From Myxococcota bacterium (GTDB lineage Bacteria > Myxococcota_A > Bradymonadia > UBA7976 > UBA1532), in the NCBI GenBank assembly GCA_036337435.1, contig JAYZEG010000041.1:102711-166710 (forward strand): 64,000 nucleotides of DNA, written 5' to 3'. The translations under genes and the position numbers were made by a program. Shown piece after piece: positions 27,944 through 37,063 of this stretch. Positions within the stretch are counted from its first letter, which is position 1. Every line of letters starts with the position of its first letter. The notes beneath the pieces were generated by a model, which was not told where the DNA came from, did no database searches, and saw only the letters and a program-made list of their open reading frames with translations.

Positions 27944-28861
27944 ATGCGTACGATTTTTTATTTTTTGGTTCTTGTTTGTGCAAACGCGGCCAATGCTAAG
28001 CGCAATACGCCTTGGGCCAAGATAACCAAGCCATCGTCTGGCCCGAGTGAATCCATTGGGGGGTATTCCAACGGGTGTATAAAGGGGGCCGTCGCCTTGC
28101 CGGAGACCGGACCCGGTTACACGTCAATCAGGCGTTTTCGAAATCGATATTACGGGCACACACGATTGGTGACGTACTTAAAGAATTTGGGAGCTAACCT
28201 TCACAAACAGGGAATAGGCGAAATTTTGATTGGTGATCTGTCTCAGCCTCAGGGTGGATTGATGGATTATGGTCATAGAAGTCATCAGCTTGGTCTTGAT
28301 GCCGACATATGGTTCAGTCGACCAAAGAAGGATAAGCGTTCTAAAGACAGCAACTTCTATACCTTAGTTGACCGAAAGAAAGAGCGGATCGTGAGCAAGC
28401 GGTGGACAAATCAGGTCATCGGTTTGTTGCGCACGGCAGCATCGGACGAGAATGTGAGTCGGATCTTCGTTCATTGGGTTATCAAGAATCAGCTCTGTCG
28501 TGACGTTAAGGGCGACCGTGCTTGGCTGAGGAAAATTCGCGCATGGTGGGGACATGATCGCCATTTCCATGTCCGGCTTACTTGCCCGAAAGCGTCCAAA
28601 GATTGCAAAAATCAAGGTGTGATCAAAGCGGGAGATGGGTGCGGCGCAGAAAAGTGGTTTTCGGCTGCGCGGGTTAAAGCGAGAAAGAAACTTGCTGCCG
28701 AGCGGAGACAAAAACGTCGCGAGAGAATGGCCCAACTAAAGAAAACCAAGAAAAAGACAAAACGGACGAAAGCAGCTAAGAAAAAAAAGCGGAAGAAAAC
28801 CTATCATCCCAGGTGCCAAGAATTACTCGATGAATCTACGCCTAAAAAATCAGTAAATTGA
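27944..28861 (+). CDS. mepA: Penicillin-insensitive murein endopeptidase (M74)
   Basis: SIGGYSNGCIKGA, RNRYYGH, GHRSHQLGLDADIWF, WWGHDRHFHVRL.C, GDGCG, CQELL. Confidence 0.95.
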   Translation: MRTIFYFLVLVCANAANAKRNTPWAKITKPSSGPSESIGGYSNGCIKGAVALPETGPGYTSIRRFRNRYYGHTRLVTYLKNLGANLHKQGIGEILIGDLSQPQGGLMDYGHRSHQLGLDADIWFSRPKKDKRSKDSNFYTLVDRKKERIVSKRWTNQVIGLLRTAASDENVSRIFVHWVIKNQLCRDVKGDRAWLRKIRAWWGHDRHFHVRLTCPKASKDCKNQGVIKAGDGCGAEKWFSAARVKARKKLAAERRQKRRERMAQLKKTKKKTKRTKAAKKKKRKKTYHPRCQELLDESTPKKSVN

Positions 28862-28866
28862 GTGTC

Positions 28867-29676
28867 TTAACTGTCTGAAGCCCCTATGGCATTCTCAATC
28901 AAATTGATGATCTGACTAATCTCATGTTCCGTCACACTCACAACCAGGTCCATGGCATCACCGAAAATGGTTCCGAGCCACCCTGCTTCATTGAAGCCAA
29001 TCGCGAAGGCATCTGAATCAGCGACTTGCGGTAACTCATTCAATGCCTCAGCCAACGCTTTGGTGAATTCGAGATTAGCCCAGTGGCCAATTCGCAGATA
29101 TAATTTGGTCGTCTCAGCCTCTATAGCCGTTCTCAATAGGTAGTCGAGACGCTCGACCTCAGCGGCAGCGTCACCCAATCCAGTGAGGGGGCCGGTCAGC
29201 TCCTCCCGCAGATCCCTGAGTGCGAATCGAGCCCGTTTGAGCCGGGTTTCGATGAATTCACTAAAAGGCGCCCAAATTAAGCGTGCCGCCGACCTGAGTG
29301 CAGCCTTACGATCAACCTGGGAACCCCGCTTGTATGATTCCAATACGTGAGTCCGCTTGAGGATGGCCCATGCGCGCGCCGCCGTCGGTAAGCGGTATCG
29401 CGGGCGATACGCATTTTCGATTGAAAAAGCGAGGCTTTCTCGAACGTCCTCGAATACGCTGGCAGCCATGGCTCTTACAGCTGCAGGATGAGAGGGCTGT
29501 GCGTCCGGTGGCACACCAGGTTCACTCAAAAAATCTGATATCGCTACGCTGCCCCTCAAGTCCATCAGCTGAGCCATGAGATCATGGGGCCTCAACACAG
29601 TGCTATCAATGTCCAATTCAAGCCTATTGACAGCTCGCGCAATTACGCCTTTCTCTTTAGTCGACTCGTTGGACAT
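28867..29676 (-). CDS. Hypothetical all-helical protein, possibly DUF3348-like
   Basis: Long ORF; LR..L...L..LG..AAEVERLD..L and GWL..I......V..E pattern recalls DUF3348 (recalled, unverified). Confidence 0.55.
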   Translation of the reverse strand: MSNESTKEKGVIARAVNRLELDIDSTVLRPHDLMAQLMDLRGSVAISDFLSEPGVPPDAQPSHPAAVRAMAASVFEDVRESLAFSIENAYRPRYRLPTAARAWAILKRTHVLESYKRGSQVDRKAALRSAARLIWAPFSEFIETRLKRARFALRDLREELTGPLTGLGDAAAEVERLDYLLRTAIEAETTKLYLRIGHWANLEFTKALAEALNELPQVADSDAFAIGFNEAGWLGTIFGDAMDLVVSVTEHEISQIINLIENAIGASDS

Positions 29677-29803
29677 TGATTCCCTTGATCAATTTCATGA
29701 TTGTCACCATTGTTCCCCATTTGCCTTCTGACTTGCAAAGGATTAGCGTGGAAATCCGAGAGTAGTCTATCTGTCTATACGACCAGGCAAAGGAGAGCCG
29801 CGC

Positions 29804-31705
29804 TTGCAGTCTCGCTGGCCATCACTGAGTTGTGATCACCTTACGCTTAGTTTATCGCGGTATTATAGAACATTAGCGTGCGCAAGTGTCATGCTCTTAT
29901 ACTTCGGCTGTAGCGAGCAAAGTCTTCAAAGCTCACCGTCCTTGTTACAGACAACAAAGTCGACCCCGTCGATTTTAGACCATTCCGTTTCGTCGGACCA
30001 AACTGTCTCAAAGAGATCAAATGACCTGGAGAGGTTCCAAGTTAAAGATATTGAGATTGGTCGCTACGGGGGTCGGCTAACCCTGGCCGCATTTGGTAAT
30101 CCAAAAACCTTCAATCCCCTGTTTGGCAATGAATCATCGAGTAGCATTTATCTGTCACCGATGTTCGCTGATTGCTGGTCTTTTCATAATGGGCGCCAGG
30201 AAGAAGAACCCGGTTTATGCAAATCTTACGAGCGGTCTGAAGACGGCCTCACGTACATATTTACACTCAGGAAAGGCCTTCGATGGTCGGATGGCCATCC
30301 GATCACGTCCGATGATTTTGTTTTTTCATACCGGGTTATTCTAGATCCTGGGATTCCAAATTCAGATCGTGATTTGTTTCGCCAAGGGACTGATAAGCAG
30401 GGGCGTCCCCGTTATCCTGAATTAACAAAACTGGACGCCTTACGGTTTCAGTTTAAGCTCCATGAGCCAGATGTCTTATTTCAGAACACGGGTGGCAGTT
30501 TCGCTGTTATACCCAAACATGTTTGGCAAGCCTCGTACGCACGAGGTCAGCTTCTCAAAACGATGTCTACGAGTATGGACTTGTCAAAGTTGGTCGGCTC
30601 GGGTCCGTTCATCGTTCGCGAGTTCGAACGGGACAAGCGAGTCGTCATGGTGCGGAACGCGCATTATTGGAAATTCGACTCAAGGGGAAACCAGCTTCCA
30701 TATCTCGATTCGGTCGCATTTCGGATTTGCAATGACCTGAGTTCAGCTTTAGCGCGTTTCGAATCCAACGAAATCCATGTTCATGATATCAGAGCTGTCG
30801 ATTATGAGCGGCTTAAACGTGCTGAGAAAACGACAAACTCAACTGTCATTGACCTTGGTCCTTCTTTCAACACGCATTACCTCATGTTTAACTTGGGCCC
30901 ATACCATGATGCTCAAAAAAAACCTTACATCGACCCCGTAAAGCAGGCCTGGTTTAATAGTAAGCGTTTTCGTGCCGCTATCAGCCACGCGATTGACCGT
31001 AATGGAATCGTCCGAAATGTCTTGAGTGGGCGAGGTCAGCCCCTCTGGTCTTATATTAGTCCAGCCAATCGACGGTGGTATCCAACAAAGGTCAAGACGT
31101 ATGAATTTGATCTTGAGAAGGCGGCTGAAATTTTGGCTAAAGATGGATTCAAAAAAGTCGATGGGCACTTGTTGGACAAAGGTGGAAATAAGGTCGTTTT
31201 CAGCATTGCAACGCCCGCCGAGAACGACATGCGTGTCGCTATGATGAATGTCATCAAGCGGGATTTGTCTCGACTGGGCATTACAGCCAATATCAAACCC
31301 ACGCCATTCAACGATATCGTACATGCTCTTCGTCAAACCCGCCATTTCGAAGCGGTCGTTCTCGGATGGGGGACATCATCGCCACCCGACCCATCGTTTT
31401 CGAGAAACGTGCTCTTGAGCAGCGGTCAAGACCACTACTGGCATCCTGAACAGATAAGTCCTCGGACCAAATGGGAAGCGAGGATGGATGAGTTAATCCG
31501 GTTATCTACGTCGACGCATGATTACGGTAAGCGAAAGGCCTACAGCGATGAGGTCTTTCAAATTTTCAGCGAGTTTCAGCCTCAGATTCAATTGGTCGTA
31601 ACGAATGATGCAGCTGCGGCCAGAAACAGCGTGGGAAATTTTCGACCATCAACCTTGAGACCGAAGACTCATTGGAACATTGAGACCTTGTTCCTGCGGA
31701 AGTAA
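29804..31705 (+). CDS. ABC transporter substrate-binding lipoprotein, family 5 (oligopeptide/nickel type)
   Basis: Lipobox LYFGC; PKTFNP, SEDGLTYIFTLRKGLRWSDGHPITSDDFVFS, VGSGPF, LPYLD, FRAAISHAIDR. Confidence 0.95.
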   Translation: MQSRWPSLSCDHLTLSLSRYYRTLACASVMLLYFGCSEQSLQSSPSLLQTTKSTPSILDHSVSSDQTVSKRSNDLERFQVKDIEIGRYGGRLTLAAFGNPKTFNPLFGNESSSSIYLSPMFADCWSFHNGRQEEEPGLCKSYERSEDGLTYIFTLRKGLRWSDGHPITSDDFVFSYRVILDPGIPNSDRDLFRQGTDKQGRPRYPELTKLDALRFQFKLHEPDVLFQNTGGSFAVIPKHVWQASYARGQLLKTMSTSMDLSKLVGSGPFIVREFERDKRVVMVRNAHYWKFDSRGNQLPYLDSVAFRICNDLSSALARFESNEIHVHDIRAVDYERLKRAEKTTNSTVIDLGPSFNTHYLMFNLGPYHDAQKKPYIDPVKQAWFNSKRFRAAISHAIDRNGIVRNVLSGRGQPLWSYISPANRRWYPTKVKTYEFDLEKAAEILAKDGFKKVDGHLLDKGGNKVVFSIATPAENDMRVAMMNVIKRDLSRLGITANIKPTPFNDIVHALRQTRHFEAVVLGWGTSSPPDPSFSRNVLLSSGQDHYWHPEQISPRTKWEARMDELIRLSTSTHDYGKRKAYSDEVFQIFSEFQPQIQLVVTNDAAAARNSVGNFRPSTLRPKTHWNIETLFLRK

Positions 31706-31767
31706 GCTGGCGCAAGCGGCGTGCTTACAATGATATGGCCCGAGGCCCGTCTAGTCGACGGGTGCCA

Positions 31768-32214
31768 TTAATCGTCTGATTCGTCTGTACCAGAACTGTT
31801 GTCGTCGTCTCCACCGCCTACGAAGCTGACATCTTCGAGATCGCTGACCTCCATGTCTTCCTCGTCGTCGATGCCCTCAGCGCCGAGGCCGAGTGAGTCG
31901 TCGTCGTCTGACCCGCTCATTTCCATGAGCCTGGATTCGGCTGAGGCATCATCCATATCGATCTCTTCTACTTCAAGGTCGTCCTCGTCCTCGTCCTCGT
32001 CTGCCTCTTTTACCGTTTCGGCGTCCTCGATGGGCTCCTCACTGTTCATTCCGAAAAGTTCTTCGTCCTGCGTCTCCTCTTCGATTGCGTCAGCCTCATC
32101 GGCGCGAGGATCATAATCACAGTTGGGGCACGTGAATTTATCTCTGTGCAAATCATAGAACTTAGTTGGGCATTTTGGACACGTATACTTATTTCCAAGT
32201 TCTGGTCTAGCCAT
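31768..32214 (-). CDS. FYDLN acid-domain protein
   Basis: ELGNKYTCPKCPTKFYDLHR...CPNC zinc ribbon followed by a very acidic tail. Confidence 0.9.
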   Translation of the reverse strand: MARPELGNKYTCPKCPTKFYDLHRDKFTCPNCDYDPRADEADAIEEETQDEELFGMNSEEPIEDAETVKEADEDEDEDDLEVEEIDMDDASAESRLMEMSGSDDDDSLGLGAEGIDDEEDMEVSDLEDVSFVGGGDDDNSSGTDESDD

Positions 32215-32322
32215 TTGTCTTCTCCCTCAAGGCGCTTACAAATAGGGTCCGTGATTCAACATCACCCCCGAATCCGCCTTATTGACCGAAGTGATATCTA
32301 TCGTCAACATTCTTTTTTGGTG

Positions 32323-33909
32323 TTAGGGGTCGGGCTTCGTCTTGTTAAGCGGAAACAGCTTATTTTTGTTGGATTTCAGCTTTATGTTTAGATCTTGCAT
32401 TGGTTTAATATTATTGAGGTTTTTTATCACAAACGGGTCGTCCGGATGACGAGAGTAAGCTTTCAAAATAATATCTTTAGCCAGCTCTAAATGTCCCGCT
32501 GACATGGCCGAAACTGCCGCATTATTGAGATATTGTGGGTCGTCTGGCCGGTTGGAAGCAGCTTTCAGCCAAGCCCCTGTGGCGGCTTTCATATCACCAT
32601 TGCGGTAGAGTGCATGCCCAAGCTTGTTTAGACCCCACGCACTTTGAGGGTAGACGTCGGCCATTCGACTCCACAGCGAGATCGAGTTAGAAAATGCAGC
32701 GTGTGGTTGAATACACAATACGCAACTCAGGCCGATTAACGTCCAGGGCAGCATCCGAGCGATCGATCTTGGGAGGCGTCGAATCAATCCCATTTTTGAA
32801 ATCTGGTGAGTGAGACAAAGAAATAAGAATGGAAGGGCACTGAACAAATACCGGTCGGCCATGTAAACAACCCCTGGCTTTAAATGCATATACGGGAGCA
32901 TTAAAGTGACGAAACAGAGGAGTAGCGGTCCGGGAAGAGAGTTGGGATTCCAAGATCTGACAATCACGTATCCGACGGCAACGACCAATACAATGGATGC
33001 GCCCGCGAGTCCGTATTGTAGCGTAGACTCAATTCGGGTTAGGTAGACGTGGTTGAGGTCTACAGGCCAGACAATGTTGCCGAGATATCGAATTGGCAAT
33101 TGGACTTTGTCCAACGTTGTCATGCCGTAGCGATCACTATTGATGAGCTCATTGGTCAAGCTGATCCCACCACCTGAGATCCGATTTGCGAGTAGGACAC
33201 TGATAGATGTTGTAATCAGGATGATGATCAGTGGCATCCAAGAGAGTCTCGTCAAATCTTTGATGCGCCCACGTGTCTTGATTTTCCAGAGACAGAAATA
33301 GAGGATCGGAATAACGACCATATGACCTTTAGACAGAACGCTCAGAAGGAAGCAACTCAGTGTCATAAAGGTGCTTAGCCATCGACGGCGTGATTCAAGC
33401 ACTTGCTCAAAAGAGATGAGACTCAGCATCATAAAGAGGGTTGCGAGTAAGTCCTTTCGACCGCTTATCCATGCGACAGTTTCCACTTGCACTGGATGTA
33501 CGAACGCCAAAGTAATCGCCAGGTATGACCATTTTCGAGGGAATTCAAGTCGGTCGGTTAGATGGCAGAAAGCCAAAACGATGAAAGCAAGGACAATGAG
33601 GTTGTGGACATGGGATAGGAGTGGGTCGTGACCATGGAGTATGAAATCTACCCAGTGACTGAGGTCGCGAACTGGACGCCAAGTATCTGGACGTGCAAAG
33701 TCGAAAGCCCTTTGAATAAACTCTAAGAAGGGAACTTGAAGGTCGCTTCGTTGCAGAAAGATCTGTGGGTCGTCGAAGTCAACGAATTGACTCGACAACG
33801 ACCAAAGATGGGCTGTGACAACAAGCGACAGACAGACCCATTTCTGTTCGAGTAACCTGCGCGCAGATCCATGTCCTGAATCAAAAGGTTTTTTTGAGGT
33901 TGGGGTCAA
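32323..33909 (-). CDS. TMTC-like GT-C membrane glycosyltransferase with C-terminal TPRs
   Basis: FVDFDD loop, WRPVRDLSHWVD, HPVQVETVAWISGRKDLL, LLSVLSK, ADRYLF, FSNSISLW, then TPR helices. Confidence 0.85.
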   Translation of the reverse strand: MTPTSKKPFDSGHGSARRLLEQKWVCLSLVVTAHLWSLSSQFVDFDDPQIFLQRSDLQVPFLEFIQRAFDFARPDTWRPVRDLSHWVDFILHGHDPLLSHVHNLIVLAFIVLAFCHLTDRLEFPRKWSYLAITLAFVHPVQVETVAWISGRKDLLATLFMMLSLISFEQVLESRRRWLSTFMTLSCFLLSVLSKGHMVVIPILYFCLWKIKTRGRIKDLTRLSWMPLIIILITTSISVLLANRISGGGISLTNELINSDRYGMTTLDKVQLPIRYLGNIVWPVDLNHVYLTRIESTLQYGLAGASIVLVVAVGYVIVRSWNPNSLPGPLLLCFVTLMLPYMHLKPGVVYMADRYLFSALPFLFLCLTHQISKMGLIRRLPRSIARMLPWTLIGLSCVLCIQPHAAFSNSISLWSRMADVYPQSAWGLNKLGHALYRNGDMKAATGAWLKAASNRPDDPQYLNNAAVSAMSAGHLELAKDIILKAYSRHPDDPFVIKNLNNIKPMQDLNIKLKSNKNKLFPLNKTKPDP

Positions 33910-34099
33910 CGGATGCCTTCTTTGCCGCTCAGACGTTACGGATTATATTTGTCTGTGCGTCAATTAACCCAGACTGATGTCGACCGACAAGTGTCCTTAT
34001 CTACAGCTTGCGTTTGAACTGGGTAAGGCATGCGTCTCGTTGATGATACGACTCTGACGAGTGAACTGCTTTGTCCCGGTATTCAGTCTGTTTTCGGAT

Positions 34100-34124
34100 A
34101 AAAAAAGGCCCGTTTGGACCGGCC
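34100..34124 (-). terminator. Rho-independent terminator of the ECF/anti-sigma operon
   Basis: Minus strand GGCCGGT-CCAA-ACGGGCC stem (one mismatch) followed by T7, about 50 bp after the anti-sigma stop. Confidence 0.65.
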
Positions 34125-34173
34125 GCGGAACGTCCATTGGGAGCAGCTTCGTCGAGCGGTGTATTCGGCTCGG

Positions 34174-34965
34174 TCAGAGGGATGTGCCCAAGACGCCCAG
34201 CATGTCCTCTTTTGGCAGAGTCGATGTGACCGCATAGGTGAGATCGCCGCGTCTGATCAGAACGACGCGATGTCCGTTGGAGTCCACCATTCTTAGCCGA
34301 TTTCCTCCAACGATATGTTCCGACAAGGTCGAATCGTCAATGGTTTCTCCGTCTCGAAAAACCAGAACTGACATCTTATGGCCGCCCACCTGATAAACGA
34401 TTTGCGCCGCAGGTGAACTGACCTGCTTCCCCTGCGGACGAATTCGGCTAATTCGCCCACCCAACAGCATCACGCGCTGGTCCTTGAACTTCGGAGTCGC
34501 TACACGAAATGGCAGTTTATCGGCAAACCAGTCGTCTACTTCGTTCGTTTTCGGAGACGGCAGCTCCACAGCGACAGGCTGGCAATGTTGGTCTACTACC
34601 TCTTCTACAACACTTGTTTTGAAACCGGTGAGTGGCATGAAGAATAGGGCGACCGCTCCCACAACAACAATGGCAGGGACTGGTTTTGCTATGGATTTCG
34701 CGGCACTCCTAAGTCGCTTTGGGCGTTGTGCCGTCTGCAGTCCACGTTCCAGCCGAGCTCGTGCTTGTGTCGGCAACCGGCAGGTCTTTTTTAAGCATGG
34801 TTTGACGGCATTCTGTACCCACTTTCTCTGTTCAAAGAATTGTCGGCAATCCTGGCAGGATGCCAAATGGGCATCGAACATAGCTTGTTCGCGGGCATCG
34901 AATTCACCGTCAAGATACGGATCGACAAACGCCCTAAAATTCTCGCATGATTGGGGGGTGGTCAT
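34174..34965 (-). CDS. zf-HC2 transmembrane anti-sigma factor
   Basis: C...YLDGE...HLASCQDC, single TM, periplasmic LLGGR...YQVG domain. Confidence 0.92.
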   Translation of the reverse strand: MTTPQSCENFRAFVDPYLDGEFDAREQAMFDAHLASCQDCRQFFEQRKWVQNAVKPCLKKTCRLPTQARARLERGLQTAQRPKRLRSAAKSIAKPVPAIVVVGAVALFFMPLTGFKTSVVEEVVDQHCQPVAVELPSPKTNEVDDWFADKLPFRVATPKFKDQRVMLLGGRISRIRPQGKQVSSPAAQIVYQVGGHKMSVLVFRDGETIDDSTLSEHIVGGNRLRMVDSNGHRVVLIRRGDLTYAVTSTLPKEDMLGVLGTSL

Positions 34966-35615
34966 CCGTTATTCCCCTGTTTCTGCCTTCGATAGTCGTT
35001 TATGCTCGATACATTTGTCGTGTCGTCTTGGGCCGTCTTGATGATGCCTCGCTCTCCCGCATACTCGAACAGGCGCGCTTGCAGGAGTTTACGGGCCCGA
35101 TGTAATCGAGACATCACTGTCCCAACAGGACATTCTAGCACCTCAGCGATCTCCTTATACGAAAGGTCATGCATATCGGCCAAGAGAATTGTCATTCTAA
35201 ATTCGAAGGGAAGCTCGTCGAGTGCCCGCAGAACCTCATCGCCAATAATTTGTTTTAGAAATTCATCTCGAGTCTCTGGTGGAAGATAGGTTTGTTCTTC
35301 CACGGCCAAACGAGGCAGCAAATCGTCCACCTGGCGCGAATCGAACACCGCTCGCTCTTTCTGTCTCTTGCGGTATTTATTAATGAAAATATTAGTCTGT
35401 ATTCGGAGCAGCCAGGCTTTGATGTTGGTTCCTTGCTGAAACCTATGCCAAAACCGAAAAGCTCGCATGAGTGTTTCTTGCACCAGATCTTCCGCGAGAG
35501 TCGCATCACGTGTCATCCGCAGCGCAGCACCGTAGAGAGCATCGGCCTGAGGCATCGCGATGGATTCGAAAGAGTCTGGATTCGATCGGGTCTGTCCGAA
35601 GAGTCGCCTAAACAT
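34962..35615 (-). CDS. ECF sigma-70 factor
   Basis: AEDLVQET..RA, FQQGTNIKAWL, LSYKEIAEVLECPVGTVMSRLHRAR. Confidence 0.96.
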   Translation of the reverse strand: MFRRLFGQTRSNPDSFESIAMPQADALYGAALRMTRDATLAEDLVQETLMRAFRFWHRFQQGTNIKAWLLRIQTNIFINKYRKRQKERAVFDSRQVDDLLPRLAVEEQTYLPPETRDEFLKQIIGDEVLRALDELPFEFRMTILLADMHDLSYKEIAEVLECPVGTVMSRLHRARKLLQARLFEYAGERGIIKTAQDDTTNVSSINDYRRQKQGNNG

Positions 35616-35654
35616 TTAAATCCCCTGAAGAGCGAAATTGGTATTCATTCAGTG

Positions 35655-35682
35655 AGACACGTCCCGCCGCTGATATTATTCC
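35655..35682 (-). promoter_or_regulatory. Putative ECF-dependent autoregulatory promoter
   Basis: Minus strand GGAAT-aatatcagcggcggga-CGTGTCT about 40 bp upstream of the sigma start; GGAA-type -35 and CGT/GTCT -10 are typical of ECF promoters. Confidence 0.5.
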
Positions 35683-35857
35683 AATTTTTTTTGACCTCAT
35701 CGAATAATTTCCACAAGTCTACTGTTGGGAGGCCAACTTTACAAACCGTGAGCTTGCCCTTTTGGTCGCTTGTCGGTTAGCGTCCAGCTTGAAGGACTCG
35801 CCTTTAAAGACCCAGGTTTTTGGTCTTTTTCACCGTTAGAGAGGGCTTCTAAAAGCC

Positions 35858-36961
35858 ATGCTTAAGCTCATACTTGCGAGCTGGCTGATGCTAAATGCAT
35901 CGCCAAATTTGGACCTCGAGAGCAGCCTTTTGAATCATGGTTGGGGTCGAATTACTTACGATCTTCGCTTAGAGAATGCGGCCCAAGAGCTTGGCCAATT
36001 GATTGCTAATTCCAAGTCAGGGTTGGAGCCAGACGCGCTGGGACAACGCCTTGCATTCACACTCGCCCGGCATAAAATCGTGGATGCGCAGGTCATTCCT
36101 TTCACGATTGGGCCGTCTTCAACGCCTAATTTATCACCTCATATTCCGAGTCTCATCAGCCGATTAAATCGTCGTGAACGGCCAACTCACTATGGCCACT
36201 ACGTGCATTTTGATGGACATCACTACGTGATGACTGTCTTGCTGCTTCATCGTGGTGCGGAGTTGACAGTGGAGCTCCCCAGAAAAGCGCGTCTGAACGA
36301 AACGATTGAGTTCACAGGACGGCTTGAGCGAGGGTACTATCAGCCGCGGCTCATCGTTCACAGCCCGCTCGACGGCTTTGTTGAGCAGCCAGATGATCGC
36401 CATGGTCGAAACTTCGGTTTTGCATTCGGCTTCGGACACGGACCCGGGGCATACCGCCTTGAACTCGTTGCTGGAAGCCAATATGGACCAGTTGTTCTGG
36501 TCCAACATACGATCCATGTAGAAGAGCCCGTGCCTCCACTACCCGTAATCAAATTACATCCAAAGCCCATTCTGGACACCGATGAAGATTATGCGGACCG
36601 ACTCTTTTTTCTCATCAATAAGCACCGAACTAAAAATGGCTTTAAGCCACTGAAGCACAACATCGAGTTGACTCAAATTGCTCTTAGTCATGCCCGTGAG
36701 TTAGCCAAGAGCAAAAGTTTGAGTCACGCGTCACCCGATACGGGCACTTTGACCACTCGGGTTCGTCGCCGAGGACTCAACCCCTTATTTGTTGCTGAAA
36801 ATCTCGCTGATGCGTCCACAGCAGAGACCGCACTCCAAGCGTTTTTGGATAGCCCCGGGCACGCTCGTAATCTGGTTATCGAGAGCCTTACTGACGTTGG
36901 TGTCGCCTATGTTGGACGCTACTTTGTTGTGACATTGGCTTCGCTACTACCAAAAAACTAG
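35858..36961 (+). CDS. Secreted CAP (SCP-like) domain protein
   Basis: LINKHRTKNGFKPL, A..HA, SH, AENLA, FLDSPGHARNL, DVGVA. Confidence 0.9.
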   Translation: MLKLILASWLMLNASPNLDLESSLLNHGWGRITYDLRLENAAQELGQLIANSKSGLEPDALGQRLAFTLARHKIVDAQVIPFTIGPSSTPNLSPHIPSLISRLNRRERPTHYGHYVHFDGHHYVMTVLLLHRGAELTVELPRKARLNETIEFTGRLERGYYQPRLIVHSPLDGFVEQPDDRHGRNFGFAFGFGHGPGAYRLELVAGSQYGPVVLVQHTIHVEEPVPPLPVIKLHPKPILDTDEDYADRLFFLINKHRTKNGFKPLKHNIELTQIALSHARELAKSKSLSHASPDTGTLTTRVRRRGLNPLFVAENLADASTAETALQAFLDSPGHARNLVIESLTDVGVAYVGRYFVVTLASLLPKN

Positions 36962-37063
36962 AGTTTGAGATAAAGCATAGCCAATGTTCAAAGAAATTCG
37001 TGAGTTCATTTTGCGGGTGCGTTTGCGCCGGCGAAAAGATGACATCTATTGAGGAGACGCGAC

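Noticed and set aside
31799..32116. Ser-rich plus-strand ORF (and 62314..62640 on the minus strand)
   Set aside because: Antisense read-outs of Asp/Glu-rich tracts.
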